A stretch of 64,000 nt of DNA from Epiperipatus broadwayi (GCA_028023455.1 JAQFVV010000003.1:4836001-4900000), one strand, 5' to 3'. Shown: positions 50,646 through 63,567, numbered from the stretch's first letter. Made by a program: numbers and translations. The notes: generated by a model from the letters alone, not told the origin.

Positions 50646-52399
50646 TATTGGATGAGTAGGCACTAGATAGGGATTTTATGCACAAGCCTTCTGGCATCCA
50701 TTGATTGCTCTTGTTGGCACAAGATGGCACTACTGTATGGAGAGTTTTGCTTCATTTAATTAAGATTTCTATTGATTGGTTCTCCATACTGAAGTTCACT
50801 GGCTTTCAAAAGGTTAATGTTGGTGAGACTTTTTGCACTTTCAGTATGTTTTAGAGTTTTTGAAAGACAAGATTCCAGTTTGAAAGAAAATTTAATTCAG
50901 AGTAAAACATATATTGCTTATTTAATCGACTTATTTGGCAATTTATTGATGTTAATTTACAACTGCAAGGAGACAATTTCAATCTCATCAAAGCAAAATC
51001 AGTCATATCAGCTTTTTTTGCCTCATTAATGTCTTTTAAGCAAATTATTGCAAGATCTGAGCCTTCACAGTTCCATGTTATTTAAGATAGGTACAATCCA
51101 AGAAGAAAACATCTTGATGTATGTCAATCACTTAGAGACTCTTTACTTAGATTTCAAAACTTGATTCAAAGATATTCTATCATTGGAAATACCAGACTGA
51201 ATAATAAGCTTATACACTATTAGTGCTAAACCAAATATAATTTTGCAAGGTTATCAGCACAAATTAGGATCCCAAGGTACAATTCAAATAGGGGTTATCA
51301 AAAGTTTTGGCTGCAACAAGATATTCTACTTCTATACTTGTCTGCATGGACTATTATACAAAAGTATTTTCTAGTACTTTTATCATTGTATCTGATAAAG
51401 AGACACTTCAGTATAGTTTTAAGTCTGCTTCAGAACAACATGGAGATTTGATAATGCAACTCACTAATTTAAAACAGGGTATAGATAAATTGTTGACAGA
51501 TCAACCAGTGCACCAATCTCATTAACTTATAATTCTGATTAAAATTTTTCATTGTTGTAATTTTGTTGATGTTTAATTCTGTGATGTGAATATGTTGATT
51601 TTTTCACTTCATTTTTATGTTTAATAAAGTGATTTCAATATTTGTACTTAATTTATATATTTATTTCATAAATGTCAAAAATTTAAAAAAAATCTCTGCT
51701 CATATTTTTTGCTTTAATTTTGTTTTAGTGCAGGTTTCGATATTAAATGTACAAGATAGTGCCATATTTCATAGTCCTTTTAGCTTTTTCACGCATTAAT
51801 TACAAGTAATTAAAATGAAAAGTTTGATATCTAGTGAAATATTTAATATGAGTATTGTACAAATTTATTAATTTGAGTAAGTAAAATAAATGACTAGCAG
51901 GTCGAAGGTTTTAAAAATTTTTGATAAAGGGGTCTGCGGCCAAAAAAAATTTGAGAACTCTTGATCTAATCAATGATATTCAAATAATTTTAAGTCATCT
52001 GTGAAGCTTATAAATATATAAATAAATCTTAAGTAATAAGTAAAATGAATGAGTTATTTATTTAATAAAATATATAATCAGAATTTTTAATTATTGAAAG
52101 TATGGTTCTTTAAATAAATTAAACACCTTTAATAAAAATAAATTAAATTTCAAAATAAAGTAAGGTATATATGTTTATATTTAAAGCATAATACTTATTA
52201 TTAAGAATAAGAAGGTGCATGCATATAGTAGCTATAACATAATATTAATTTGATTGCTGATCCTGTGAATTTATGTATTCATTATTTTTTTAAATTCATT
52301 TAAATAATTTCCATCTTCCTTGATTGATATCTATTATATCTTAACATTATCTATTTTGTATTTTGCTATGTCTGGAAGTGCAACTCTTGCTCTCCAGAT

Positions 52400-55300
52400 A
52401 TTGGCACAGTCCTGATTTGAATCTTGAATCAATTAGTGTTTTAACAGTTAGATTTATGTGTATAGACCAATCGACTAAGATACAATTGTCAATCAGAGAG
52501 TTCGATGTCAGTGAAGCAAGTAGTTCGCTCATGTATGTCTAACATATCAAAATATCTTTTCATTAACAGAGTTGAAGAGGATAAGATTAAAATAGCAACA
52601 TTATTATGTTTTGCTGATAAAGAAGTTATAGAGATAGTAAATAGGATTTCAGAACCTCAGATACCTGAAGATTTTTCATATGATCAAATTAAAAGTCGAT
52701 TATTAAATTATTTTAATGCTCATCCATCTAGGCTTGTCACTAAACTTCATTTCCATGACTGTTATCAGGGTAGAGATGAAAGAGTAAAATATTATATTAC
52801 TCTTCATAAACTGGTAAAAAATTGTGTCTATGGATCGTTTCTCAATGAGACCCTCCTAGAGCAATTTCTGAGGGGTATGACTAGTGATAATTTAAGGCAG
52901 CAATTATTGGCCGATAGTGATTTAAATTCTAATGAATCTATAAAATATGGGATAGCTTATGAACTAGTTCTCAAGCAGTCTTGCAAGTTCACTGAGATTA
53001 AGGGAAATGTAAATGCACAAACTGATGTCTGCAAAATGCATAAACCAATTTAAAAAGAATCTATTGACATTAGAGACAATAATTCAAACAGTAAAAATCT
53101 ATTTATTTGATGTTGTTGTGGGAAAATGGCCACAAGGCCAGAAACTGTTTCTATAAGGATGAATATTGCAAAATTTTTTGTAAAAAAAAAAAAAGTCACA
53201 TTGAAACAATGAGCAAAAATAAAAGTAATGAACCTGGCAAAAAAAAGAAATAGATATCAATTAGCTAATATAAAAAATATGTCAACCAGTGAAGGTGATA
53301 AATAATACTAAAATTGATGTCACCAGCCCATATCTATGGAGATAGGGTATCTCTTTAAATTGTACTAAAACCCCAGCAATAGATAAATCAGACCTAAAAC
53401 CTTGGATATAAGCAGAAATGCTGTCAAGGACCTTGTGAGCATAATAGAGGGAAAAGTAGTCTACTTACCTCTATATTTAATTTATGCTCCTTTTAACCCA
53501 TTGATAAGCTGGGACTGGTTCAAAAAATTGGAGATAAAAAAGTCACCTTTGTTAAAAAGATTGAAATTGAAAAGTAAATGAGAGACACATTTCTTAAATT
53601 GTTTAAAGGGGAACTACGTAAAATTAAAACAACCTCTGGTTCATTAGAGATAATCCCTGAGGTGATATCCATAATTTGCAAACTATATAAAGTTCCAGTT
53701 TCTCAGAAAGAAAGAGTAGAGAAGGAAATTAATGAATTATCTAAGAGAGGGTGTTAGAACTCACAGAAAAATCTGACTGGATTATACCATTAGTAATTAT
53801 TACTAAACCCAATGGACAGATTCATTTGTGTGGTGATTATCAGGTATTGGTAAACAAAGCAATTAGTAAAAATGCATACCTTGTTCCTAATGCTAGAGGA
53901 ATAATAGTGTCTGTAGAAATTAATTTTTTTTTTCAAAATTAGATTTAAATGCTGCTTTCCATCAGATACTAATCACTAATAGTCACTGAAATATTAACAT
54001 TAACCATGCACATAGGCTTATTTAAATGTAACAGGCTTTTATTTGGGATAACTTATGCCCTCAGAATCTTTCAGTCAAAAATTGAAGCCCTCCTTAGTGG
54101 ATTTGAAAGTGTCATTGTATTTTTTGATTAAATCCTTGTTATTACTACTACAAAAAATGAACTTAGAATTTGTTTACAGAAAGTATGCAAAAAGCTCTAT
54201 GAATTCAGTGCAAAGCTTAATACCCAAAAGTGTATCTGTAAGGCTAGTAAAATCAAGTTTTTAGGCCATATCATTTCCAAAAATGGCACCTCTCCTACTC
54301 CAGAAAATTCTAAAGCTGTAGTTGAAGTCCTGAGACCTAATAATGTTAAACAATTATGAGCTTTTCTGGGACTCTTAAATTATTTGAAAAAATTTTTGGA
54401 AGGGAAAACTCATATTGCCAGACCCTTATATGATCTTCTTAAAAAGAACCAGAAATGGAAATGAGAAGATGATCAAGAGAAAGCATTTTTACATACAAAA
54501 TCAATATTAACTTCAAATAAATTACTAATACAATGTAATAGCAATCTGGAAACATCTCAATTCAGAAATTGGAACAGTGTTGTGTCACTCTGCATAGTCA
54601 GGAGAATGACCCGTTGCTTATGCTTCATGCACCTTGTCTAACATGGAGAAAAATTAGTCAGCTGGTCAAGGAATTTTTGTGATATTAGTTGGCATCAGAA
54701 AATTTTATCAATATTTATAAAGATGTATATTTACTATAATAACTGATCACAAACCATTACTTGGTATTTAGCAACAAATAAGTTCCCAAACATCCTAGTC
54801 TCTGCATGATAAGATGGCTCAACATTTTGGCAGGTTATGACTATATTGTATAATATAAAAAGGAAAATCAAATAGGGCATGCTACACTATCTCTTATGCC
54901 TGACTAGTCAGAGATTGATAAAATGGGAATCAAAACTAACTACATTGATGTGCTAAAGAATCGAACCCTCAACAGTAGAATAGTAACTGCATGAACAGAG
55001 GAAGGTGATAGCTACCAATGGATTATAAATCAAATTAGTACAGATTGGCTTAAGCAACTTCAACTTTTTTTTTATAATGCTTGTGAGCAATTATTTGTCT
55101 GAAAAGGCTACATTCTGAGTGGTGATTGTGTGTTAATCCTAGTTAAGGGGAGAAATCATATTCTTAAGTTATTGCATGAAAGTCATCCAGGCATTGTTAG
55201 GGCAAAGGCTTTAGCCTATACTTATATCTGATGGCAAAATATTAACATTGATATTTAAAAATGTTAAAATACATGCTAAAACACCTCTATCAATGTTTGA

Positions 55301-55960
55301 AGCATGGCCAAAAGCTGAGAGGTTATAGTAGTGCATCCACATCAATCACTGTGGCCAAATCAAGAGATGTAATTATGGATGCTAGTTCAGACAAAACACT
55401 TGATAAATTATACAACATTTTTTCATACTATGATCTCCCTGAAACTTTAGTTTTAGATAACAGAACTGGCTTTGCATCAGAGAAATTTGATGATGCTCTA
55501 AAAAAATGGGGAATAAAACATTACTCATGTCCCTTTGCCACCCTCAATCTAACAGATTGGCTAAAAAAGCCATGCAAAACCTTAAGTCATCCATTAACAA
55601 AATGGGAAAAGCAAGAATACAGGAAGCAGTTCTTATCATACTGATTTATCAGCCTTCAATTCCAGCTGTTAAATCTGGTAAATCACCTGCCGAAATATAT
55701 CTAGGGTGAAAGCTACAGACTAAATTATCAAACATTGTACCAACAGAAGATCATAATGAACTAACCTAGAACATTTATAAGTTTAAACTTGAGGAAAAAA
55801 GGTGAATTAAAAATAACCTAAATGAATTCTGGTCACAAGCTGTAGTTATACATCACCTATCAAAGCAAGTGGTGACTGCTAACATGAACAATGGAAAAAT
55901 ATTACACAAACATGCCAATTAACTACATAAACATGAAAGTGTGGATGTAATACTAAAATT
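52400..55960 (+). mobile_element. decayed Ty3/Gypsy internal region (gag, RT, RNase H, integrase)
   Basis: Gag ORF 52505-53053 (SYDQIKSRLLNYF..FLRGM..LRQQLL); CCHC knuckle CGKNGHKARNC at ~53115; RT SDWIIPLVIITKPNGQIHLCGDY (53751); RNase H TDHKPL at ~54745; integrase fragments at 55261-55709; PBS-like TGGCACAGTC at 52402. Its own LTRs were not resolved. Confidence 0.85.
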
Positions 55961-55993
55961 ATTTAATAGAATGGATACTAATAAAGATAGTAC

Positions 55994-57299
55994 TGTAGTG
56001 TTTGTAAAAATGGCAGACATTTTTGTGCACTCCAGAAAAACTAGAATTTATTCGTAAGGCTGTTTTTAGATCGCGCTCTGATAGCTGAGGAATTTAATTA
56101 GTGCATTGACGTAATGGCGATCGACAATTCCTAGAAATATTTGCTAATTACAAATGTTTTTAGATAAGAGACATTACCTTATTGGTCAGTGCATTGATTG
56201 ATCGTTGCAGTTGTCAGAGAGTGATAAGAAGACTGGGTAACATCGAGCAGTGTAATATAGAGCGCAGTAGAGAGCAGTCACGCAGTAGCAAGTTGCAGAC
56301 CATGCATTTGGAGAGCATCTGCTTGCAGACCATTCATTGGAGAACAGTCGGTGCAGACCATTCATTGGAGAGTATCCGTGGCTGAGCTTCGTTGCAGACC
56401 AATTCATTGGAGAGCTTCGTTGCAGACCAATTCGTTTGGAGAGCTTCTTGGCAGACCAATTCGTTGGAGAGCTTTATTGGAAAAGAACAGCATGGGAATT
56501 GTATAATGTTATTTGCTGACCGCACCGTATGACTTGCAGTTATAACCTTGGCACAGAAGTAAGTGCGGATATTACAATGGCGCAGGCGCATTTGGAACCT
56601 GGGAGTAGCGAATACGTTGAACTACAAGTTTAGCCATAGACGGAGAAACCGGGTGAAAATGTCAATCCCAATTAGTAACATTAGCAACAAGGGTTTTTCT
56701 GGAGTGGAGGGAGGTGTGTAGTATTTGTAAAAATGGCAGACATTTTTGTGCACTCCAGAAAAACTAGAATTTATTCATAAGGCTGTTTTTAGATCGCGCT
56801 CTGATGGCTGAGGAATTTAATTAGTGCATTGACGTAATGGTGATCGACAATTCCTAGAAATATTTGCTAATTACAAATGTTTCTAGATAAGAGACGTTAC
56901 CTTATTGGTCAGTGCATTGATTGATCGTTGCAGTTGTCAGCGAGCGATAAGAAGACTAAGTAACATCGAGCAGTGTAATATAGAGTGCAGTAGAGAGCAG
57001 TCATGCAGTAGCAAGTTGCAGACCATGCGTTTGGAGAGCATCCACTTGCAGACCATTCATTGGAGAGCAGTCGGTGCAGACCATTCATTGGAGAGCATCC
57101 GTGGCTGAGCTTCGTTGCAGACCAATTCGTTGGAGAGTTTCATTGCAGACCAATTCGTTTGGAGAGATTCGTGGCAGACCAATTTGTTGGAGAGCTTTGT
57201 TGGAAAAGAACAGCGTGGGAATTGTATAATGTTATTTGCTGACCGCACCGTATGACTTGCAGTTATAACCTTGGCACAGTCATAAGTGCGGATATTACA
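55994..57299 (+). mobile_element. TRIM-like miniature non-autonomous LTR retrotransposon
   Basis: Two 583-bp TG..CA LTRs (55994-56576 and 56717-57299) around a 140-bp internal region with PBS-like TGGCGCAG (56578) and PPT GGAGTGGAGGGAGG (56701-56714). Flanks AGTAC / AATAC. Confidence 0.85.
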
Positions 57300-58796
57300 A
57301 ATACTAAATAAGATACTAAACTGGAAACAGGGTTACTCACAATGATGAAGATCAACTATGTGTATCATAGAACAATATAACAAGAAAATCTGTTATAAAT
57401 CCACTTTAATGTGTTAAAAAGAGATTCTGATTTACCTCCATGTCTTTATTTTATGTTCAGAGAAAAATAAATCTTTATAATAGGATGATGTATATATGTG
57501 TATGTAAAATACATAAACAGTAATTTAAAAATTTAGCTTCTTAAAAATAGTAAATTTACATAAATTTAAATGGCATTACATGATTAAAAAATATTAATTT
57601 CTAAGTAGATGAAAAAGAGGAATTAGTTAAAATCTCTGGAAGTAAATAATGAAATTCTTCTAGTAAAAATATATACCATTAACAATTAAATGATTATGAA
57701 TTCCTGATCCATTCATTGATAACAATTGTAGAAATCCAAAATAACTTTAATTGAACTTAATAGAAATTATTACATTTTTTATTTACAACTCTGAAAGTCA
57801 CTGCACTCACAACTTTGACACCATCTACCTCAGATAAATACAACAATGATTATCTGATCCTGGATGTATCTGGAATAAATGAAATAATTATTTTATCAAA
57901 AGGATTTGAAAGAAGAGTCAATCAGAAGAGTAATTGGACAATAAATTGATAAAAGTCAAATGAGAAAACGAAATGAACACTTGCAGTTGAAAGACTGCTG
58001 GTGTGCAATGGACATTTAATCTCAATGCTGGATGTCAACATATGTACCTAAGCTTCCAGGGTGAAGAAAATTGCCTCTGAGCATGCCAAAGCAAGTCAAG
58101 AGACTTAACAGATGATATAGATCTTCATTATTATTTCTGTATGCCTACAGGTCTATATATGTATAGATTGTAACTGTATTAGTTGTGATTTTTACCAGGG
58201 GATAAATTTAGATCTTATGAGATCTGGAGAGCAAGAATTATGCTTCCAGACATAGCATATTTTATATTCATATATTTATATTATGCAAGTCTTTTAAAAA
58301 ATAATAGTTATTGTTTTTATTACATCAATCTTTTTCCAGTTTTTCTGGATATAATATAAAGGCATACAATTTATTACTACTATATTATTGAGTATAATAG
58401 CAGATTAATATTAATGCTATAAAAATGGTATTTCTTTAGAAGTAGTGGGATTTTAAAATACTGTTAGTATTATAATAGTTTAAATGATTAAAAGTTTAAA
58501 AAAGTTCTAGAAAGATATACTTAAATCAAAGCCTGAAATTAGTATATAAATCAGCCATATATTTTATATCAACAGGATAGGCATATATTAGCAAAATTAA
58601 TTAATTTATTAGAGATGATTAAAAATTGACAAAATTGTAAAAGAAAATCAAAAATATATTTTTTTTTAGTGGAGTTACTTCACTATGGATAATTCCTGTA
58701 TTATTGGTGTGGCAGTTTTGTTTTTATGATAATGTTTTTTTTTCAATCTATTTTATTTAAATTTAATTTTATTTACTATTTTGTTTAAAAGTTTAA

Positions 58797-60287
58797 TAAT
58801 CATGATGATAAAATCTGCTTATCAATTTTTCCAGCACTAAACATGTTTTAAATTTTTTTTTTTTTTTTTAAAAAAATGAATTAGATTGTTTTATAATATG
58901 ATATTTTTTTTTCCTATTAAAATTCAGATTTTATCTAATTGAATATCTAATTGTTTATTTTTTTTTATTTGTCTATGGTTTTTAAAATATCTTTAAAAGC
59001 TTTCAATTTAAAGGCACCAACACTTCAGTTATTCTCCATTTTTAGAAGACGTCTTTAATAATAATAGAGAATTACTCAAAGTATGGATTAAACCAGGGTG
59101 GGCAAATAGTGACCACTAAGAGTTTTTATGTGGCCCGCCAAGACAATCAGAAAAATCCGCCTTGAACTGAGATTTCCTCTCCGTGCGTGACCGAAGATTC
59201 GTCTTTTATTTTCCACTAGGATGGCTACATCAATACACATATGCAGGGTAGTTATGATGTGCAGTGCTTTTCCAGTTGATCTGGTTAATTTTAATGTTGT
59301 CTTTGCATTAGCAAATATATACATTTCCAACTTTAGTGAAACTATGAACTCTCCTTAAAAATGTAAAATCGATTATGAATGTCGTGTGCTTAATGAAAAT
59401 GGTCAAACAAATATTTCTGTGGTAGTACAGGGAATAAAGCAGTGTGTCTATTGTGTCATGAAAAAAGGTGTGGCTCTCTGCTAACCTTCGCTTTCACAAA
59501 GTGGCCCCCGATGTGGCCATCCATCAACTTCTGTGGCCCCTAAGCCAAAACAATTGCCCACCCTGGATTAATCGATTCTGATATTTATTTTTAAATGTCT
59601 GTATGTAAAGACCATTTTAGACTATTTATTGTATCTTCATCCAATGTTAATTTGTTATTAGTTTTTTGAAACTAATTATTCCTTTGCTGTTAATGAATAT
59701 TTCAAGTAAGTTAAAATTAACGACAATTTCCCTTCTAAGTTATCTTTTGATCTCATTTTACTGTGTATCCTAAGTTTTCAATACTACACATAATCATGAT
59801 GATAAAATCTACTTATCACTGGTTGTTCAATTTTTCCAGCACTAAACATGTTTTAAAAAACTGTTTTTTATTTTAAAAAAAGTGAATTAGATTGTTTCAT
59901 AATATGATAATTTTTTTTCCTATTAAAATTCAGATTTTATCTAATTGAATAATATCTAATTGTTCTTTTTTTTTATTTTTTATTTGTCTATGGTTTTTAA
60001 AAATCTTTAAAAGCTTTCAATTCAAAGGCACCAATGCTTCAGTTATTCTGCATTTTCAGAATACAACTTTAATATTAATAGAAATTACTCAAAATATGGA
60101 TTAAACGATTCTGATATTCATTTTTAAATGTCTGTATGTAAAGACCATTTTTAGTCTATTTATTGCATCTTCATCCAATGTTAATTTGTTATTAATTTTT
60201 GAAACTAATTATTCCTTTGCTGTTAATGAATATTTCAAGTAGGTTAAAATTAATAACAAATTTTCTTCCTAAGTTATCTTTTGATCT
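58797..60287. repeat. ~480-500-bp tandem segmental duplication; first copy carries a MITE
   Basis: 58797-59753 with the MITE removed aligns with 59791-60287. Confidence 0.9.
59094..59565 (+). mobile_element. 472-bp internally deleted hAT (SPIN/GTF2IRD2-like) MITE
   Basis: Perfect 12-bp TIR CAGGGTGGGCAA; TSD GATTAAAC / GATTAATC; residual N-terminal KIDYECRVLNE..KYF...KAVCLLCHE at ~59365-59462. Confidence 0.9.
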
Positions 60288-61424
60288 AGTCATAATCTAA
60301 TTTTTTGACTATGCTTTAACTTTTTCTACTTGTCTTCAGGTTTCTTTTTCCATTGCTTGATGAAAATTTGGCATTATTATTATATATAAGAATGTTAATA
60401 TTTTCCATTAATCTTGAATCAGTATTTGTCTTCTTTCAAATTGACTTCCATCATTATATATTCAAAATACAATTAGATTAAAAAGAGTGATGATATGCAT
60501 ATTGGTCTATATATATTTAAAGAATTATAACATTTAGTTTTCTATAGAGATTCATTATAGGGACAATGAATTGACCTGGCCCATCTATTTTTCTGAAAAC
60601 ATTTCATAATTTAGCAATGAATTGACCTGGCGAATGAAAAAGAATGTATTAGTAATAAATCTTAAGCAAATGTGGTTTTCCATTGATATTTTATGATTTT
60701 TTTAATTATCTAATAAATTTCAACAAAGCTGACTTTAGTTTTATAATATTTTCTAAAATTACCATGAACTTCTGAAAGCTTAATATTTGCTGTATAATTT
60801 TTAATATACTCTTGCTTGCATTTGTTCTTGACAAAAGGTGCTTGGATAATATTCATTTTTAGTAGAATAATTTCATTTTTAAACCTATAGCCAATAAGTA
60901 TTTTCTAAACTAATGTGAATAATTTGATCAACATTTTTGTTGAGTAACTTTTCTGTCAAATGTGTGATGTAATGGGTTAGATTTTCAAATATTTTTTTGA
61001 CTTTATCATCTACTCCTGTGGAATCTTCTGTTTAATTGACCTTACTAAAAGTTTAAAAAATTCATTCAAGATTACAACTTTGTTTTGATTTTTTCCTGAA
61101 TCTCCAAAAAATAATTGGTTTATCTTTCCAAGCTTGGCTTTATTTGTCTGTTTTTGCAAATATTATACATTATTTTTTTGTTTTTATGAGTTTCTTTTAA
61201 ATTTTTTTCTTTGTTTGCACTAAAGGATTTTTTTCTGTTTTTTTTTGTTTTGTTTTTGCAATTAGTGTACCACTACATTTTTCTTAGGTCCATTTTGATT
61301 TTTCTGTTTTATCAAATTATTCTCACAGTTATATTTATTTTACTTTCTTCCATAGTTTCTCTTATTCACTATTTCTTATATTAAAGTCTAATTGGTATAA
61401 GTGATATTGTTGCTAAAGACAATT

Positions 61425-61427
<3 letters not shown>

Positions 61428-61461
<34 letters not shown>

Positions 61462-61472
61462 GTCTTTATATA

Positions 61473-61510
<38 letters not shown>
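61428..61510. repeat. interrupted (TA)n microsatellite
   Basis: Direct reading of the sequence. Confidence 0.9.
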
Positions 61511-61512
<2 letters not shown>

Positions 61513-63142
61513 AGGACATTAAATAAATCTATAGCTTTTTTCCAACTTCCACTCAAATTTATAATTGTATTTCACATTCTAAGTGATTTTATTTTTTCTA
61601 TTAAAACTTAGATATTTTATTGCCAGGAACAAATAATACAATCTGAGTTTTTCAAAATTTTACTGGGTGATGTTTATGTTTTTTTCTTGATGATTCAACT
61701 ATTTGAAAATATATTGGCAATAGAAAGGTAATTGAATTGTTAGTTTAATAAGCATTTTAATGCATCAATTTTTTTTTAAAGTTTATATTATATTGCATAA
61801 TATAATTATTTTATTTTATTTTAAATTGCTACTCACTTATTAATTACTAAAAATATATCTCACCTGGAAGTTTGTCAATATCCTAAAGATTCCCATCATA
61901 AAACTTAGAGTTATTCCAAACTAAATCTGTATTAATAGTCATTGCTTCTCTGTGAGTTTGTAAATTTCTAAAATAATTTTTCAGTTTATTTTTTAACTTG
62001 CTATAATTATTAACAATATTGAAAACGTTTCACCAAATTAAATTGATATGAATTAATAATTTATAAAATCATATTCAATATTAATCTTTGCAATATCTTT
62101 TCTGATATTGGTAGACTTAATATTTATTTATTATTTTTCATGATTTGAATAGCAATTGGCATGTGTAACTAATGTAAAATATCTCACTCTAGATCACCTT
62201 ACTACTTTAATTCCTATTCATTTCTTTTTGATTCCTGCTTTGTGCTTTTATATACTTTTGGGATCAGTAGTAATCTCTTCATCACAGCTTTATAAATTTT
62301 TCCATACATATCCATATTATATAGTCCAGAAATGTTAGGATTTTTTTTTTACTTAATAGTATATTGTGTCTTTTGATGTGAAAATTTTTTTCAGTATTAC
62401 AATAATTTTTTTTTATATATAAAATATAATTATTTATTTTTTATGTTGTGAAATCCATAGTATCTCTTTAACATGGCTATGAGCAATTGCCATCTCATTA
62501 TTCTATCATTACTACAATAATATATTAACGAAAGGTAAACAAAATAATTAGAATGTAAGATAATAAAGTTAAGATCTTTGTTATGAAATTTAGTATAGTT
62601 TCAGTGTAAAATGAAAATATTATCAATATTAAAAAATATCTTATGATATCTTAGATTTACCACACTTGTGTGAGTTCATTATCTGATATTTATGATACAA
62701 TTTTAAATTGCAAGTGTATTTTTTAAATATCGTTCCGATTTTAAAATTGTTGATTATATATATTAACTGGTTTAGATATAATTAAAACTTCCATTCCATC
62801 ACATATTTTTCAAGCTTATGAATAAAGATATCGGAAAAATTAAAATTGTTAGAATGTATTTTATAATAAGTCATAGTATAGATCTTCAGCTCAATCTGGT
62901 CACATCATTTGTAAAGTATTTATCAATAACAAATTGTAGTAATATTAAGTGTTATAATTTGAAAGGTTGTAATTACAGTTAAACTTTAATATTCTATAAA
63001 TATACTATGAGCATTTTCATTTTAAAAAATCGATGATAAAAACACATATGTATATTTATTTAAAAAACACACCACAAAAAAATATCTTTATATACATATG
63101 ATTAAAAATGTCAAAATTTATATAGTATACATTTAATTTTAG

Positions 63143-63567
63143 AATTTCTACTCTTCATATGATCTAATGAAAAATGCATTTGTTCCTAAGTCATCAGTGA
63201 TTGATTCTTCACCTGCAGTTTATACGAACCATCTTTTAGATGATTTATTTAATAAAAAATATTTTAAAGAAACAGAATCTAATCCCCATTTTTCTACATT
63301 TTTGAACACTAATGAAATATACATGAAAAGTAAGATGGCTGATAATTTTTCATGTAATATTTCTGAAGAGTCTAATAATTATTTGACTATAGAACATACT
63401 AATATACCATTATCTTATCAACGATCTGCTCTTAAAAAATATTGGTTTGGAGAGCCTTTACATGAAGATCAGAATTCTAACAAGACTGAAGATAAATTAT
63501 ATATTAATCAGAAAAATGATTTTATTAAAGAGATTAATCATGAGTTGGACATAGACTTTTATATGAA
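63143..63567 (+). CDS. candidate internal exon of an unidentified host gene (425 nt)
   Basis: The open frame begins right after a TTTTAG acceptor (63137-63142, which is also the upstream in-frame stop) and ends at an AA|GTAAGT donor (63568-63573) that supplies the ORF's TAA. Non-repetitive, hydrophilic protein with no TE motif recognised. Confidence 0.5.

Larger units (their letters stand above)
49434..50761. mobile_element. retrozyme-like element: three copies of a 454-nt non-coding hammerhead unit (one minus, two plus)
   Basis: Minus copy 49434-49898; plus copies ~49899-50315 and ~50316-50760. 13-bp TSD AAGATTTCTATTG at 49421-49433 and 50762-50774. No ORF of 60 aa or more in the track. Confidence 0.85.
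47826..51963 (+). mobile_element. full-length decayed hAT transposon (Buster/Charlie group, SCAND3/ZBED5-like)
   Basis: TIRs CAAGAGTTCCCAAA / rc CAAGAGTTCTCAAA. 8-bp TSD ACCTAATT / ATCTAATC with central TA. Broken ORF 48501-51525: CRQYSLDYLKIGF, VFSNDAVKLSKLTDHLNRNHPDKKEKDLSYF, LHTEVHWLSK and ..HQSH*. Confidence 0.9.

Noticed and set aside
53128-53146. GGCCACAAGGCCAGAAACT, nearly identical to stem II-GAAAC of the 454-nt unit's hammerhead
   Set aside because: It encodes GHKARNC of the Gypsy gag zinc knuckle, and there is no upstream CUGAUGA or downstream GUC; coincidence.
56280-56480. Regularly spaced ~20-bp repeats resembling a CRISPR array
   Set aside because: The spacers are only a few similar bases, the repeats lie inside both LTRs, the context is eukaryotic, and there are no cas genes.
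56182-57248. Duplicated 60-85 aa ORFs in both orientations
   Set aside because: They arise from the repeat ladder inside the two LTRs.
60290-62330. T-rich tract suggestive of an antisense LINE relic
   Set aside because: No protein motif could be recovered by eye.
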